A DNA stretch of 64,000 bases from Lophium mytilinum (Eukaryota), in assembly GCA_010093605.1 (NCBI GenBank), contig MU004202.1, positions 507,560-571,559 on the forward strand, written 5' to 3'. Below are positions 13,101-26,654 of this stretch, one piece after another (within the stretch, counting starts at the first letter, position 1; each line of letters opens with the position of its first letter). The notes under the pieces were generated by a model, which saw nothing but the letters and a program-made list of their open reading frames with translations, was not told where the DNA came from and did no database searches. The translations under genes were made by a program, and so were the position numbers.

Positions 13101-15887
13101 TATTATCTATAATAGAAATATATTATAATAAGGGTTACATTATAGCTATAATAAGTAAAGCGGCTTTTTATTTCTCTATTATATATTAATAGCGTTTTTA
13201 TTTTCTATCTATAGAATAGTTTATAGTTTTTCTAATTCTAAGAAAGTACTCTAGCTAGTATTACTATAGCTCTATATACTTATATACCCCTAGATATCTC
13301 TTAAGTATATTCTAAGTATAAGAAATAATAAGGCTATTCTTTAGGCATTCTATTAACTTAATTATAATTAATTCTATAGCCTAATTCTCTACTATTATAG
13401 TACCTATCTTATATATATCTTAATACTAGCTCTTAAATCTATAATAGTAAACTTTTTACTAAATAGAACTCTTATTCTAAAGCTTTCTTTTAGCCTAGTA
13501 TAATATACTCTACCTAAGTTCTAGGCTAAGTTTACTAGCCTATAATCTTATACTTCTAGTTTTTAGCTAGAGGTTTTAAAATATAGGTTTAGGCTATATA
13601 TAGATATTAGGCTATAGATACTATACCTTAGAATCTTACTCTAGAAGTTAGGCTAGAGGTTTTAGGTATTAGAGTTCTACTCTAGAAGTTTTAGGCTAGG
13701 GGTTTTACGCCTTAGAGTTTTAGGCTAGTATATAAAAAGTAAGTATTAGTAGTTTATTACTAAGAAGTTATATATATATACTACTTAAAGCCTTAATTAT
13801 TAATATCTTCTAAGAAGAACTAAGGTATAATAAATACCTATAGCTTTAAATACCTAGTAAGTATTTCTAATATTATAAGAGTTATATAAGTATTAGCCGC
13901 GCTAGATACTTCTTATCTAGTAGTAGAGTATTAGAGTATTATTAATATACTATAAATATAATACTTAGAAGATATAATTAAGAATTAGTACTATAGAATA
14001 TACCTTATAGCTAGGAATATAGTTATATAACTACTCTATATTATTTTAAATAAACTACACCCTATTAAAGTTTCTAGAAAATAGTATATAGAATCTTAGA
14101 ATTGTTCCTAGAAATTACTATATAAAATTATAGGATAATCTCTATCTAGATAGGTAGATATTTATATATAGATTATATATAAGTAAAAGATTCTAGTAGA
14201 AGTAGAGTAGAGAATTATAGTTAGTAAAAGATAGCTTAAATATAAATCTTTTATAACTATACCTTAAGCGCCCTTATATAGACCTACAGCTATACCTTAT
14301 ATAATAGAGATATATTTTATACCTAGAAACCTAACCCTAGATCTAGAGATATAAGTAAGATAAAAGGCTAGATAGATACTAATTAGTACTATATCTTATA
14401 TTACCCTATCTAATCTATAGCTTACCTAAATAGTTCCCTATCTTAGTAAGTATTTATCTATCCTAGTATAACCCTACGCTAATAGTAATAGGGCTAGCTT
14501 TAGTAATAATTTTTTTAATATATTATAAATAGTTATAGAATGCCGGCCTTCCCCTAGATAAAAAAAGTACTATTTTTATTAAGTCTTCTAATACTATCTA
14601 CCTTTACTATATACTAATAATTAGAGAACTTATAAGGCCTAATTTTAAAGTATTCTCTTAGAGTTACCTTATAAATTAAGAATATACTAAACCTATCTAC
14701 TTTACCTATTAAATTATATTATATTTTAGAATTAGTTTCTATAGCTAGAATATTTTTTTAATATTCTTTTTTAAAGTTATATTAGCCTCTATAAAGAACT
14801 TTTACAGCCTATTTTTTAGTATTATACTAATTCTTATAGAGAATCCTTATAGTATTTATTATAGTATTCTTTTAAAGTTGCGCTAATTCTTATATAGGTA
14901 CTAAATCTATTTAGATATAGGCTTATACTAATATAGAAAGTTTTAAATATCTCTTAAAATACTACGTATACTTATAGCTGCCTAATCTTCTTCTATTTAT
15001 ATTTATAAGTCTACTAATTTAATTTAGCTATAAGATAGATCTATAAGTGCTAGCCCGGCTAATTATTATATATATTTAGAGTATTAGATTTCTATATTAG
15101 TCTCTTTATAGTATATCTTCTAGCTATTAATATTCTAGCTACTAATTTATATAGAGGTATATACTAATAGTAAAGCGCCTAGCTACTACTAGTACTCTAC
15201 TATCTATCTACCTTACTAAGTTCTACCTTTAAAGGCCTAGTAGTAAATTACCTATATATTTCTCTAAACCTATAAACTATTAACTAGAATAAGCTAGGCG
15301 GATATAGTAATATTATAATTATCTAGTACCTAGAGCTACTCTATAATTATTACTAATAGCGGACGCCTAGATCTTAAGTAAGGACTAGAAACTTTAGTAG
15401 AGAACTTTTTAATATTTAAAAGATATACTTCTTCTATAGCTAATTATAAGTAAGAGATATATTAGTTACTAATAGTATACTAGTAAGAAATACCTTCTAT
15501 AATAAGGCTTCTTAACTAAGGTTTTAGTAAGTTAAATCTAAAGTATCTTTTTAAGTAGTATAGCTAATATAATACTAATTAAACTCTATTAACTTTTTCT
15601 ACTAGCTTTATACTCTCTATTATACTATATACCTTCTTTTATACTTCTTCTTACGCGCATCTTATTAAGAGTTAGATAAAGATAGCTAGAATAAAAGAGC
15701 GGGGATTTTAAATATATAAATTTATTATAATACTATATATAGCCTTTAATACTATTTCTTATAGTACTTTTAGTAGTAAGTTATTTTATTCTATATAGAT
15801 ATTCTATATAGCTAACTAGAACGCCCTTCTTAGGCTTCTACCTTATATATTATAGCTCTCTTCTATCTCTAATCTTAACTACCTCTT

Positions 15888-16123
15888 TATTAGGTTTATA
15901 GCTAAGAAAAGAGTTATATTTCTATTAATAAGGTTGCATAGAGAGGAGAGAGGCTCCGGCTATAAGCCTACTATATAGTTAAGTACGCGCCGGTAGAACC
16001 CTAGGCGCCGGTAGAACCTCGGGCGCTGGAAGAACTCTTAGCCTAGAGATTACATAATATCTATATATATAATAACCCCTAGCCTTAATAACTACTAAGA
16101 GAATACTAAGAAATAATATAATA
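15888..16123 (-). repeat. 3' LTR of family A copy 2
   Basis: Direct repeat of 22851-23086; differences are mainly C/T and G/A transitions. Confidence 0.95.
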
Positions 16124-19100
16124 TATGCCCCCTCTTTTAAAAACTAAGCTTCTATAAGGACTTATAGAGAGAAAGACTTACTATTAAACTTATATATTAG
16201 ATAGCTAATATAGGCATAGCTCTATATATAGATAGAGCGTACTAATAAAACTATATAAATAGGCGTCCTTAATTAAATTAATTCTACTATCTAATAGCAG
16301 CGTAGAATCTTAAGTTATACTAGACTATTATAATAATATAGTAATGTTCTAAAGGTTCTATAGTAGAGTCTAGTCCTTTAGTTTAATAAAGTAAGCGGGC
16401 GGTTTAGGTTTCCGTAGGCTGCAATAATAGAAGTTGAAGACTTTATAAAGGCAGCCCTTAAGGTTTCTAGATAGTTGCTAGAATTAGTATAGTTATATAC
16501 TACTAATATAGTAGACTTTATATTAGACATTGTTATTCTTAACGCGTAAGTTAATAATTTAGGTAACTATAAATTCCTCTACTAGCTTATTATTATTATC
16601 TCTTTAGATTAGCTCTAGTAGTAGTATAGGCTTAGGCCTATTCTATCCTTTAATAGGCTTAGAAGTATTAAGATAGAGTAGTAATAGGTAAAAGACGTTA
16701 TATATCTTTATATTAGACGGTAGGTCTAATTAGAAGGCTGCGCCCTAATTAATAATCTTATTAATATAGAAGAGACCTATAAATTTATTATTAAGGGCCT
16801 TCTTAGCGCGGTCTAGCTTAATATTCTTAGCGTTAAGCTAGACTATATTATTAACGCGTATATTAGCGGCTGCATTATAGTATTAGTTAGCTTAGTAAGC
16901 TTATTTCTCTTAAGCCTATATAATATAGTTCTATAGGTAGACCTTAATATCCTTTAGATATTTAGCTATATTATTAGCTAGTTTCTGTTTAATTTCCTTA
17001 TTCTTAGATATCTTTCTATTCTTAATAGTAGGCGGCTTAAGCTCTAAGCAAGGGTTATAGCTATAATTAGTAAAGAATAGAGATAGTTCTATTATAGCTA
17101 AGACATAAGTATTAGCTACTAGTTCCGCTAAGAGTAATAGGTTATACTAATTATTCTATATATAGTTAATATAAGCTTATAGGTACTTCTTTATATTAGC
17201 ATTAGTAATTTCTATTTACCCGTCTATTTCCGGGTAGAAAGCGGTAGATGTATTAAGCGATAATTATAACTACTAGTAGAGGTATTACTAAAACTTAGAG
17301 GTAAACTATATACCTAGATTACTAGTAATAGACGCTAGTAGCCTATAGAGTTAATAGATCTATTAGAAATAGACTTTAGTAAGCTTATCTACTTCTAGTA
17401 ATATAATAGTAAGGAAATAGCGTTTTTTAGATAACCTATTAATTATAATAAGTATATAGTAATATTTACAGCTGTAATACTTATAGATAGGTAAGTTAAT
17501 AATATAGTCTATTATAATATCGCGCTAGCAGTAGAGAGGGATAGGTAAGAGGCGTAAGAAGCCTTACTTAGTAAAATTAGAAGGCTTAATATTATAGTAA
17601 TACTAATAGGCATTAATATATTTTATAATTAATTTAGTAAACCTAGGCTAGTAGTAGCTTAGGCGGATTTATTATAGATAGTTAGTATATTCTCTATATC
17701 CTGCGCTAGTATAGTTATAACTAAGCTATAATATTCTTAATTAGAGGGCGGCTAATTAGGGTATAAATAATTATTAAGAGTCCTTATAGAGGACCTATAG
17801 CTTATTATTAGTAATTTCTAACTTGCTTATTAATAATTAGACGCGTTTATTCTTTAGAATATTACGTAGAAGCTTTTAATTACCGCGTTACTTAAGTACT
17901 ATAATGCGATAGACTAGGCAGTTATCTAACTAATTATCTAGATTATTACTGCTATTCTAGAAAGCGCTTTTATCTACCTTATAGGCCTCTTAGATAAGTT
18001 TATATAGGGGCTAGGTGTAATTTACCTCTATAATACTTATAGTCTAGAGATAGAGCTCTTTTAATATCTTAGAGGTAAGGTTCTTTATCTTAATAACGGT
18101 TTACTATTAGAATAGAAATTATTTATCGTCTTCTAATTGCGGAAGGTCTTAACTTTAGCGGGTAAGGCTATCTAGCTTAGTTTCTAAATAACTAGGCCTA
18201 TATATTAGGATGTAATTAATCTCTAAAAGAATTTATAGCTAGCGTATCTATTACTAGTTTAGTTATTAGGTTGTTATAAAGTATAATAGATTCTAGTAAT
18301 CTATTAGTACTTAGATTAGGTTCTAGTATCTATTATCTTAATACTATAGTTTCTATTCCTTAAAGGTAAGAATAATAGCAAGCAACTCCTTATTATAGAT
18401 CTTATAGTTGCACTCCGCTAGTATTATCTTATAAGAGTAGAAAGTAACTAGGTGCTATATTCTATTATTATATAGCTAAGAGAAGACTTCTACAGCTATA
18501 TAATTAGACGCGTCTATCTTAATATATAATTTCTAGTTAGAGTTAAAGTATTTAAGATAGGGCGTAGTAGTAAACGCTATTTTAAGGTTATTAAAAGCTT
18601 TCTAGCAGCCCGATATCTATTTAAAATAAATGCGCCCGTCTAGTTCTTTTTATAAGAGGTTAGTAAGTAGCTTATATAGTTGCGAAAAGCCTTATATAAA
18701 TTATCTATAGAAGTTAGCTAGGTCTAGAAAGGCCTAGACATCTTTAAGATAGGTAGAAGTAGCCTATTTAGTAATAGCCTTAACTTTCTTCTAGTCTATT
18801 TTAACGCCCTTAGTTATAATAATAAGGCTAAGGTACTTAATACGCTTAATAAGGAATTTATATTTATTAATATTAAGGTATAGGCCTACTTTATATAGTT
18901 AGTCTAGTACCTTTTATATATGCGTAATGTATTCCTCTTCTATTCTATCTATAAATACTAGTATATTATCTATATAGGCTAAATAGAAGTTATCTAAATA
19001 CTTATAGAGAACGTTATTAATAAATATCTAGAAGGTGCCGGGGCTATTATATATACTAAATCCTAAGACTTTAGATTAGAATATTCTATAGCGTATAATA

Positions 19101-22100
19101 AAAGCTATTTTCTATTTATTACTAGGTTTAATACGGACGCGGTTAAAAGCTAAGATAATATTTAGCTTAGTATACTACTTAGCTTTATAGAGGTAGTTAA
19201 GTATCTCTTAGATAATAGGAATTAGGTATTAGTTTTTAATAGTAATAGCATTAAGGCTATAGTAGTTAATATAGAACCGATAGGTTCTATCTAGTTTCTT
19301 AATAAGTAGCACGGGTGCGTGCGTAGAAGAATTACTATTCTTAATAAAACTATTACCTAATAGCTTCTAAAGCTTATTATAGATAATATAGTTCTTCTCC
19401 TCTAATATAGCTTAGGTCTTGTATTTAGGTAGTGGAGCGCCTAGCTATAGAAGGATTACGTAGTTATAGTTATAGTATAGAGGCAGGTTTTTAGCTTCCT
19501 ATTATAACTATATATTAACCTAAGAGTGGAAACGCTTATCTAGTTATTTCTATAGTTTATTAGATAAATACGTCCTGTATTCCTTTATAAACTTATTATA
19601 TTTATTAACGCTAAGGGCGTATAGTTTAAGCGTACTGTTATCCTTTAGAACGCTAATAATGTGTCTAATCGCGGGTGTATTAAATAGAGAGTTATCTAGC
19701 TTAGAGATAAACTCTAGTCTATAGATCTAAATAAGGTTCTTAGGCTTAGCGTATTAAATATAGTATTCTATTAAACTAATAGATATCGCGAATAAGAATG
19801 TAGATTAAAGCTTATTAGGTCTAGCCGCGTAAAATAGAGCTTCTTTATAGTATATCTTAGCTAGTATACTATTATAATAGCAGTGTAGATTACGGCATTA
19901 TAATTAATAAAAGTAGAAGCTTTTCTTAATAAAGTTAATTTCTAGGTTGTAAGTTTTATACTAATCTGTGCCTAGGACTAGAGGGATATATTCTAGGTTA
20001 GTAATATAGTAGACTAGCTGCTCTATATATAAGCCTATAGTAATATTAATAATTATAGCGTATATAATAGACTAAGAGGAGTTAGAGTTATTAATATAGG
20101 TAAGATAGTAAGGTAAATTAAGAGGAATTTAATAAATTTTATATTTACGCGTAAATAATTAATTAATAAAAGAGGAGGTTGCACTATTATTAGAGAGAGA
20201 GTAAGTATAAATAATTTAATTACTATCTAAGGCTATAGAATAAGAAAGTAAGTACTAACTACCTTTCTTTAGCTAGAGCTTTATAATATCGTGCTAAGTA
20301 CGTATAATAGCTATTGCGGAAATATAAAGTTCCGGCTAGTTCTTATTATTCTTAATATACTCTAGCACCTTCTATAGCTAGAAAAAGGTATTAAATTATA
20401 GTAGAGGTTCTACTACTTTTATTCTATATTTTTTAGGTGTTCTATATTTAGTACCCCTATAACAGCTCTTATATAATTTCTAGTCCTTCTTACTTAGAAG
20501 GTTATCTATAGTAGAAACTAAGTTACCGCACTTAGAGGAAGCTAGTATAGAATAAGGGGTAGATAATAGGGTTAATAATAGAGTATATTTATAATTAATT
20601 ATAATAGGTCCTTAGGCGTAACTATACTTAAGAACTACTTATTTTTCTAGCCGGAAAATATAGTATTAGTAGCGCGGAGAGGAAGGCCGCTAGTTATCTA
20701 GATAGAGAAGTTCTAAAGAGGATAGTTATTATTAACCGCGCAGTAACTAATATAGCAGTAGCAGTTATAAGCGCCCGCTACGCGCGTCCTCTCTTTATTA
20801 GCTTTAGTAAGCTTACTAATACTCTAGATATATACTAGTTTATCCGCTAGAGTTATAGTATATAAGCGTTATTCTATACTAGCCGCGGCTATAATAGTAG
20901 AGGCGCGCGGAGTACTTAATAAAGTTATTAAAGAAGTTATTATAGTTATAGTTATAGTATTAGTACCTATAGTAGATATAGATAAGTATCTACTATAGCT
21001 GCGGCCACGGCCGCGTATTAATTAAGTAGTTATAGTTAATGCGGTTGCCTAATAGGGCTAGAAGATAAGGGTATTATACTTCTTAGCTTACTAGAAGGCT
21101 ATATTCTATATATCTATAGTATAGATATATTATATAAAGTTATTAAAGCAGTTATATATTACTCTATTAATAAGCTTAGATTATAGGTATAGTATAAGAT
21201 GTATCTTAAATTAGTAGATAAGCTTAGCTAGTCCTTAGTTAAGGTTGCTAATAATATTAAGAAAGTAGTTATAGAAGGTTATAAATAAGTTGTTACCTAT
21301 ATAGAGAGTCTTAAGTTATATTAGCGCCTTAGCCTTAATATTATATTTACTATAACTATTATTAAGAGAGTAGAGGGTATTAGTCTTATTATAGATAATC
21401 TAATTACGGCGCTATACCTAAATGCGCTTAAAGGGTCTACCTAATAGAACGCTCTTAATATAATTAAGCTTATAGTTATCTATCTTATTAGAAAAGGTAT
21501 AGTAAATCTTAGTAAGAACCTTACTGCGCTAGATTAGATATGCGTCTAGGTCCTCTCTATTAAATATAACTAGATCTAGCTAGCAGTAGATGCGCTAGTA
21601 AGATATTAATAATAGTAGTTAAGTATATAGTAGAGTATAGCTATTATAGTAGCTATTATTATAATATTAGTTATCTAAACGTTTATTATATAGAGAGGTA
21701 GAGCGGCGGGCTTAATTACCGCCGCTGCGGAGGTTTACGTTTATAGTAGGAGAAGTATATCTAGGCTCTACATAGATATTATTATTATAGCCCTCGCAAC
21801 TATAGTTATTAGGCCTACCTAGTAGTTATTCTCTAGTCCTGCTATTTATCTACTAATAGTCGACATTATTATCGCGCCGCTTATTATTATTAAAATAAAC
21901 GGGCCCTTTAGATATTATCTTAGCAGGCTTAGACTATTATTATTATTAGAGTTTATATGCGTAAGCCTAGGCAGCCTAAAGGCTAAGCTTAAAATTATTA
22001 AGCTAGATCTTTAGGTCTATAATAATCTTATCTATATTATTAAACCGCTTATAGAGGTTTATAGATATATTCTTCTATTTCTCTAAGCTAGCGCTGTAGT

Positions 22101-22850
22101 TATTAATATAGATATTAGTGCTTTTAACTAGAGTGCGTAGTAGTTTAAAGGCTTTAAGCGGCTTAGAATTTACCTATTAATAGAACTTAAATAAGTTCTA
22201 GAATATAGTGCCTTCTAGCTTTATAGTTAGGTCCTTAATATTATATAAGTCTAGAAGAAGGTTAAAGGTAATAGGGCTCTCTATAATCTAAGAGTCTATA
22301 CTAATAGTATAGAAGTTCTAGATATTAAGGGCCTCTACTACAGCTATATTTAGTAGCTTACTAACGCGCTTACGCCGCTTAGTAAGCTAGTTTTATTAAT
22401 TCTTTATACGTAAGGCTAAGTAGTTAAGGTCTACTTATAGTACTTCTACTTTCTTATCTACTTTCTTAAAGATATCGCCCTAAGTGTAGTTCTATATCTT
22501 ATTAAAGTTCTAGTAACTAACCCCCCCCTTACCTTATAGAATGTTAGAGTTATAGAGTTATCTACCGGGCGTATTAATATAGTTAGTTATACCTAGTTAT
22601 TTATAGTAAGGCCTAGGCTTTATATAGGTATAGAAAATAAGAAGAAAGTATTAGAGTAAGTAAGTAAGTAAGTAAGAAAAGAAAATATTTTAGTTTTAAG
22701 GTTAGTAATTAAGTAATTATATAGCTAAATCTTAAAGCTAGTAGTAGTATCTATATAGGTACACGCGTATATAGTAGTATAGCTATATAAAAAGAAATTA
22801 AGATTTCTATATTTCTATATTTCTAGGTTTTAAAGAATAACGCAATCTAG

Positions 22851-23086
22851 TATTAGGTTTATAGTTAAGAAAAGGGTTGTATTTCTATTAATAAGGTTAT
22901 ATAGAGAGGAAAGAGGCTCTAGCTATAAGCCTACTATATAGTTAAGTGCGCGCCGGTAGAACCCCGGGCGCCGGCAGAACCTTAGGCGCCGGAAGAACCC
23001 TTAGCCTAGAGATTACGTAACGTCCGTGCATATAATAACCCCTAGCCTTAATAACTACTAAGAGAATACTAAGAAATAATATAATA
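22851..23086 (-). repeat. 5' LTR of family A copy 2
   Basis: Direct repeat of 15888-16123; followed by TSD CTCTT. Confidence 0.95.
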
Positions 23087-25049
23087 CTCTTAATCTACTT
23101 TAGATAGAATAGTACTAAAGTAGACGTAGTTATATAGTATATTAGCGGTATTTATTAGATAGAGATATATAGCTTAGGCTATAGAATATAATAATAAAGT
23201 TCTTATATAATAGATAGATAGATAGTAGTAAACTTAGAGGATTAATAATTTTAAAATATTAATTTAGAATTCTAAAACTTAGGCGGTAGTTATATATAGG
23301 CGTATATAATCTTAAAAGTTAAAAAGTATATATAGTTTACTTATAATTATATATAACTCTAGTAATTATTATATAATATCTAGGCTATAGTACTTATACT
23401 CTAGAATATATATATAATACTTAGGTTAAGATATTTATCTTAGTAGTATCTTTAGACTATCTTAGGTATAACTAGAAAAGTAAGATAGATAATCTTAAGA
23501 ATCTTTTATAGAGATAATTCTAACTTAACTACTAGTAATTTTTAGCTAATAAGTATTATAAGTTCTAGGTTATTTTAATATAGTAAGTTTAATTTTATTA
23601 ATAGAATATTTATATTCTTAGATTTCCTTAATACTTACTTTTAATAAGAAAGGTCTTAGTAGCTAGAAATACTTAGAGTATACTTAAGTTAAAAACCTTT
23701 CTTATAATATAAGTACTATATATAATACTCTTTTATAAGGTAGATATTCTATTCTATCTCTCTATATTATATAAAGTTATTCTAAGTATAGAAATACTTA
23801 ATTTTAAAATAGAAATATAATATTACTTCTAGAAATAATTTATTTCTAACTTAGATCTATATAAGGTCGGCTAGAGTTCCCCGTCGCTTACCCCCCGATT
23901 GCGGTTAGGTGTTGTATGTAATTCACACTCCACATAATGTGGCGATTAGCACCTAATTCCATGGCGTCGATGCAACACGATCCTGGCAGCGCGGGGGCTA
24001 GCATATTTGAAGACTAGATATGAGCCGCCTCTGCCCTGTCTAGCGCACGTTTCGTGTCACGTTTCGAATCCTTCTCGGCTTTCGTCTCGGCTCTGCCCCG
24101 TCTAGAATATAGGGCATAACGCATCGGCCCGAGTCGGTCCAGCCTGGCAAGCCGGATCTGATCCCAGAGGTTAAAGATGCACGGCCCGCCAGGGCAGCGT
24201 TTCCGAATCCTTGCGGCGCGATCGAGGCCCGAGCTGACATGCCGCCTGCCGAAACCGAATCCGATAAAGGAAGGAGAAGGAAGGGGACTGCTTTTCCTCC
24301 TCCAGTGTAGTGTGACTTCATCTCCATCACCAACTTCCACCCCAGCTGGCTAGTTTCGAAACCTAGGGTATTATCTCGAGATGGTGCCCAACCCAGTTCC
24401 TTCCTGCGAGGCAAAATAATACTGCCCTTGGCAAGTAGTGTGTAATGTGTGCGTTTAGAATAGGAGAGCCGATATCGCTTGATAGAAGTCTCTCTTCAGT
24501 GCCGTACTATCTCACCAGCAGGTTAGCGAAGTTGAACCACTACAGCTCTCTTCTCGGCTTGCTTTGCTTCATACCGCCTATTCCTCCCACCATTGTGTGA
24601 CAGCTGCTCATCTCGCAAATCTTTTAGTGCATAGCAGGACTTCTGATCCCGTGCTCGCGGAACCTATACTAGATGATACGTTCGCTGCGACTGGTGTATG
24701 CAACTGTGGATTTACCTTTACCCGCCCCGAACCTGCTAATGGGAGTCTTTACTCAGTATAGTACTTCATGGACCTATCTTCCAAGAGCAAAGTGAAGCTG
24801 TCTAATGGTGCACGCAGAGGTCCCGTCCGCAAAATAAGATGGGAGATGTGAATCACGGGCTTCACAAGCACAGTCTTACTTCAGAGAAATCGATCAACTC
24901 TACACCACATTGTTTCGAGCCTCTATGTTAGAGCACATTGTACAATTTCATATAGTACTCAGAAATACTCTGGAGAAACGCCTCTGCCCCAGAACCACAA
25001 GTATTTCTCAACCTCGCTGACTCAAATACGATGCTCAAGGTCTGTACCC

Positions 25050-26654
25050 CTACCCTTCCTGGTTTTGAGGCTTCGGAACACCTTGGCACACGCACCAATC
25101 CTCGGTGCAAGCGTGTTGAGAGCACTCGTCATGGTTGAACCCGACACGTATGCAAGTCCCCTTGAGATCGGCCTCTCGAATCTGTGTGCGTCGCCCGTGC
25201 TTGATGTCGTCCAACAACTGCAGATACAACTCATGCACAGCTGGGCTGAGGCAGCCTGTCAGCCTCACTTTATCAAAGTGTGCCAGAGTGCGCCGACCCA
25301 TCCACAACACGGTACCGATGACCTCCCGCCAGCATCTAAGCTTCAGATGCCAGTCCCCGCCGTAGTCCCATCTTTGATTGTAGTACCGACGGTGAGGCAA
25401 TCGAACCTCCAACTCAAGGTCCCGTGAAAATTTGCGGAGAGCTGCGCCACCGATTCGAATGCGGTCCGACTCTCTGCCCGTTGTTGCCCGCTTGAAAAAG
25501 TCCAGCATGTCGTCCGGATTGCCTTGAATGACCACCTTGCGGATCGCCGAAAGATTTTGCTGTGAAACGCTGCTCATGAAACGCTCGAGTTCGGTAATTT
25601 TGCCGTAGTAGGGACGATGCCCTTCCTGAAAGCGGAACTCAAGTTCTTTCCACATGAGAGAGCTAACTTCCTCGTTCACTTTCTTGCTGCTAACCAGTAG
25701 TCCCGCCAGGCTTCCCGCTCCATTCAGCACTTGCAGGTGCTTGCCGTAATCAGAAGGCGACACGACGCCCGGTTCCGACTTCACAAAAGTGCCATCGGTG
25801 CCATACTCGCTGCGTAGGAGACCGGATGAGCCGGTTTGGAAATGTGTTGTGGACCATCCATCCTTCGAAAATTGGTATGGATATACAACTTCACCGATCA
25901 GCTCTCTGTAGATCGTGTTGCGCATCTCGCCCGGAAGTTTGAGGAGCTCGAAGGCTTTCCCGTTCGCGTGCCACCAGTCCCATTGTTGCTGGTATCCTCG
26001 GGCGTCGTTCCCGGTGTCCGGCTCGTCAATGACGATAGGACGAGTGCTTAAAACCTCTTCGAGGGGGATCCATTGGCCGTGGACGCGGGCCTGTACTTCA
26101 CGCTCGGTTCCAGAGCGATGAAGTCTCAGGGACAAAGTGTACGCCCATGGCCACTTGAGGTCAACCTTTTCTCCCTCTTGGTCGAGATTCTGTATGCTTT
26201 CCTCTTGGCAATTGGAGCTAGTAATCGTAGCCTCTTCTTGTGAGTCGAAGCTAGCTGTGGTAGCTTCTCCTTTCACCACTGCGCTCCATAGGTGCGGCAG
26301 AGGATTCTTCGACCCGGGAATTGGCTTCTCAACTTCGACCTCCTCTGGCATGTCCTCAGCGATCTCCCTCGTGACCCATCCTACGTCATCATCGTCTTTG
26401 TCTTTCTCATGGTATTCGTCAGCCGCTCGTCCGTCGTACCTCGTAGCTTCCCAGTCCGGGCTCTCGAGTTCGAACCGAGCCTCGAGTGCTTTCTTTCGTA
26501 ATACCTTTGAATCCCTGGGGTCTATTGCAACCCGGACCGAGTTCGCGAAGTGAACAAGATCAATGCAGTTGAATGCGTTGACGGTGGCATGGACCGCATC
26601 CTCGAGCTCGTCCCGAGCCTCGTATTGGGAAACAGCTTTGACCTTCCTGTGCAT
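25050..26654 (-). CDS. Hypothetical fungal protein (534 aa) with an internal F-box-like motif
   Basis: Long single ORF; motif FELLKLPGEMRNTIYRELI resembles the F-box/2EXR-like LPxExRxxIY motif; Cys-rich tail C..HAC....C.C. Confidence 0.8.
   Translation of the reverse strand: MHRKVKAVSQYEARDELEDAVHATVNAFNCIDLVHFANSVRVAIDPRDSKVLRKKALEARFELESPDWEATRYDGRAADEYHEKDKDDDDVGWVTREIAEDMPEEVEVEKPIPGSKNPLPHLWSAVVKGEATTASFDSQEEATITSSNCQEESIQNLDQEGEKVDLKWPWAYTLSLRLHRSGTEREVQARVHGQWIPLEEVLSTRPIVIDEPDTGNDARGYQQQWDWWHANGKAFELLKLPGEMRNTIYRELIGEVVYPYQFSKDGWSTTHFQTGSSGLLRSEYGTDGTFVKSEPGVVSPSDYGKHLQVLNGAGSLAGLLVSSKKVNEEVSSLMWKELEFRFQEGHRPYYGKITELERFMSSVSQQNLSAIRKVVIQGNPDDMLDFFKRATTGRESDRIRIGGAALRKFSRDLELEVRLPHRRYYNQRWDYGGDWHLKLRCWREVIGTVLWMGRRTLAHFDKVRLTGCLSPAVHELYLQLLDDIKHGRRTQIREADLKGTCIRVGFNHDECSQHACTEDWCVCQGVPKPQNQEG

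Larger units (their letters stand above)
15888..23086 (-). mobile_element. Full-length RIPed Ty3/Gypsy chromovirus, family A copy 2 (7199 bp)
   Basis: Two 236-bp LTRs; 5-bp TSD CTCTT at 15883-15887 and 23087-23091; polypurine tract (minus strand) ~16124-16136; protease-like L.D..ATSSFI ~20165-20200; AY(M)DD 18961-18980; chromodomain-like ~16450-16580. Confidence 0.95.
1..23870. repeat. AT-rich, RIP-mutated block of nested transposable elements
   Basis: Very low GC, dense TpA, near-absence of CpA/TpG, residual CGCG; no ORF in the six-frame track before 24014; abrupt return to normal GC near 23870. Confidence 0.95.

Noticed and set aside
13500..14340. Telomere-like repeats (ttagg, ctaaccct)
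   Set aside because: No tandem TTAGGG array; these motifs arise easily in RIPed DNA.
15888..23086. Dating the insertion from LTR divergence
   Set aside because: Differences are RIP-type transitions, not clock-like.
1..23870. AT-rich block as mitochondrial insertion, centromere or horizontally acquired DNA
   Set aside because: Dinucleotide bias and retroelement motifs explain it as RIPed transposons; centromere status cannot be judged from sequence.
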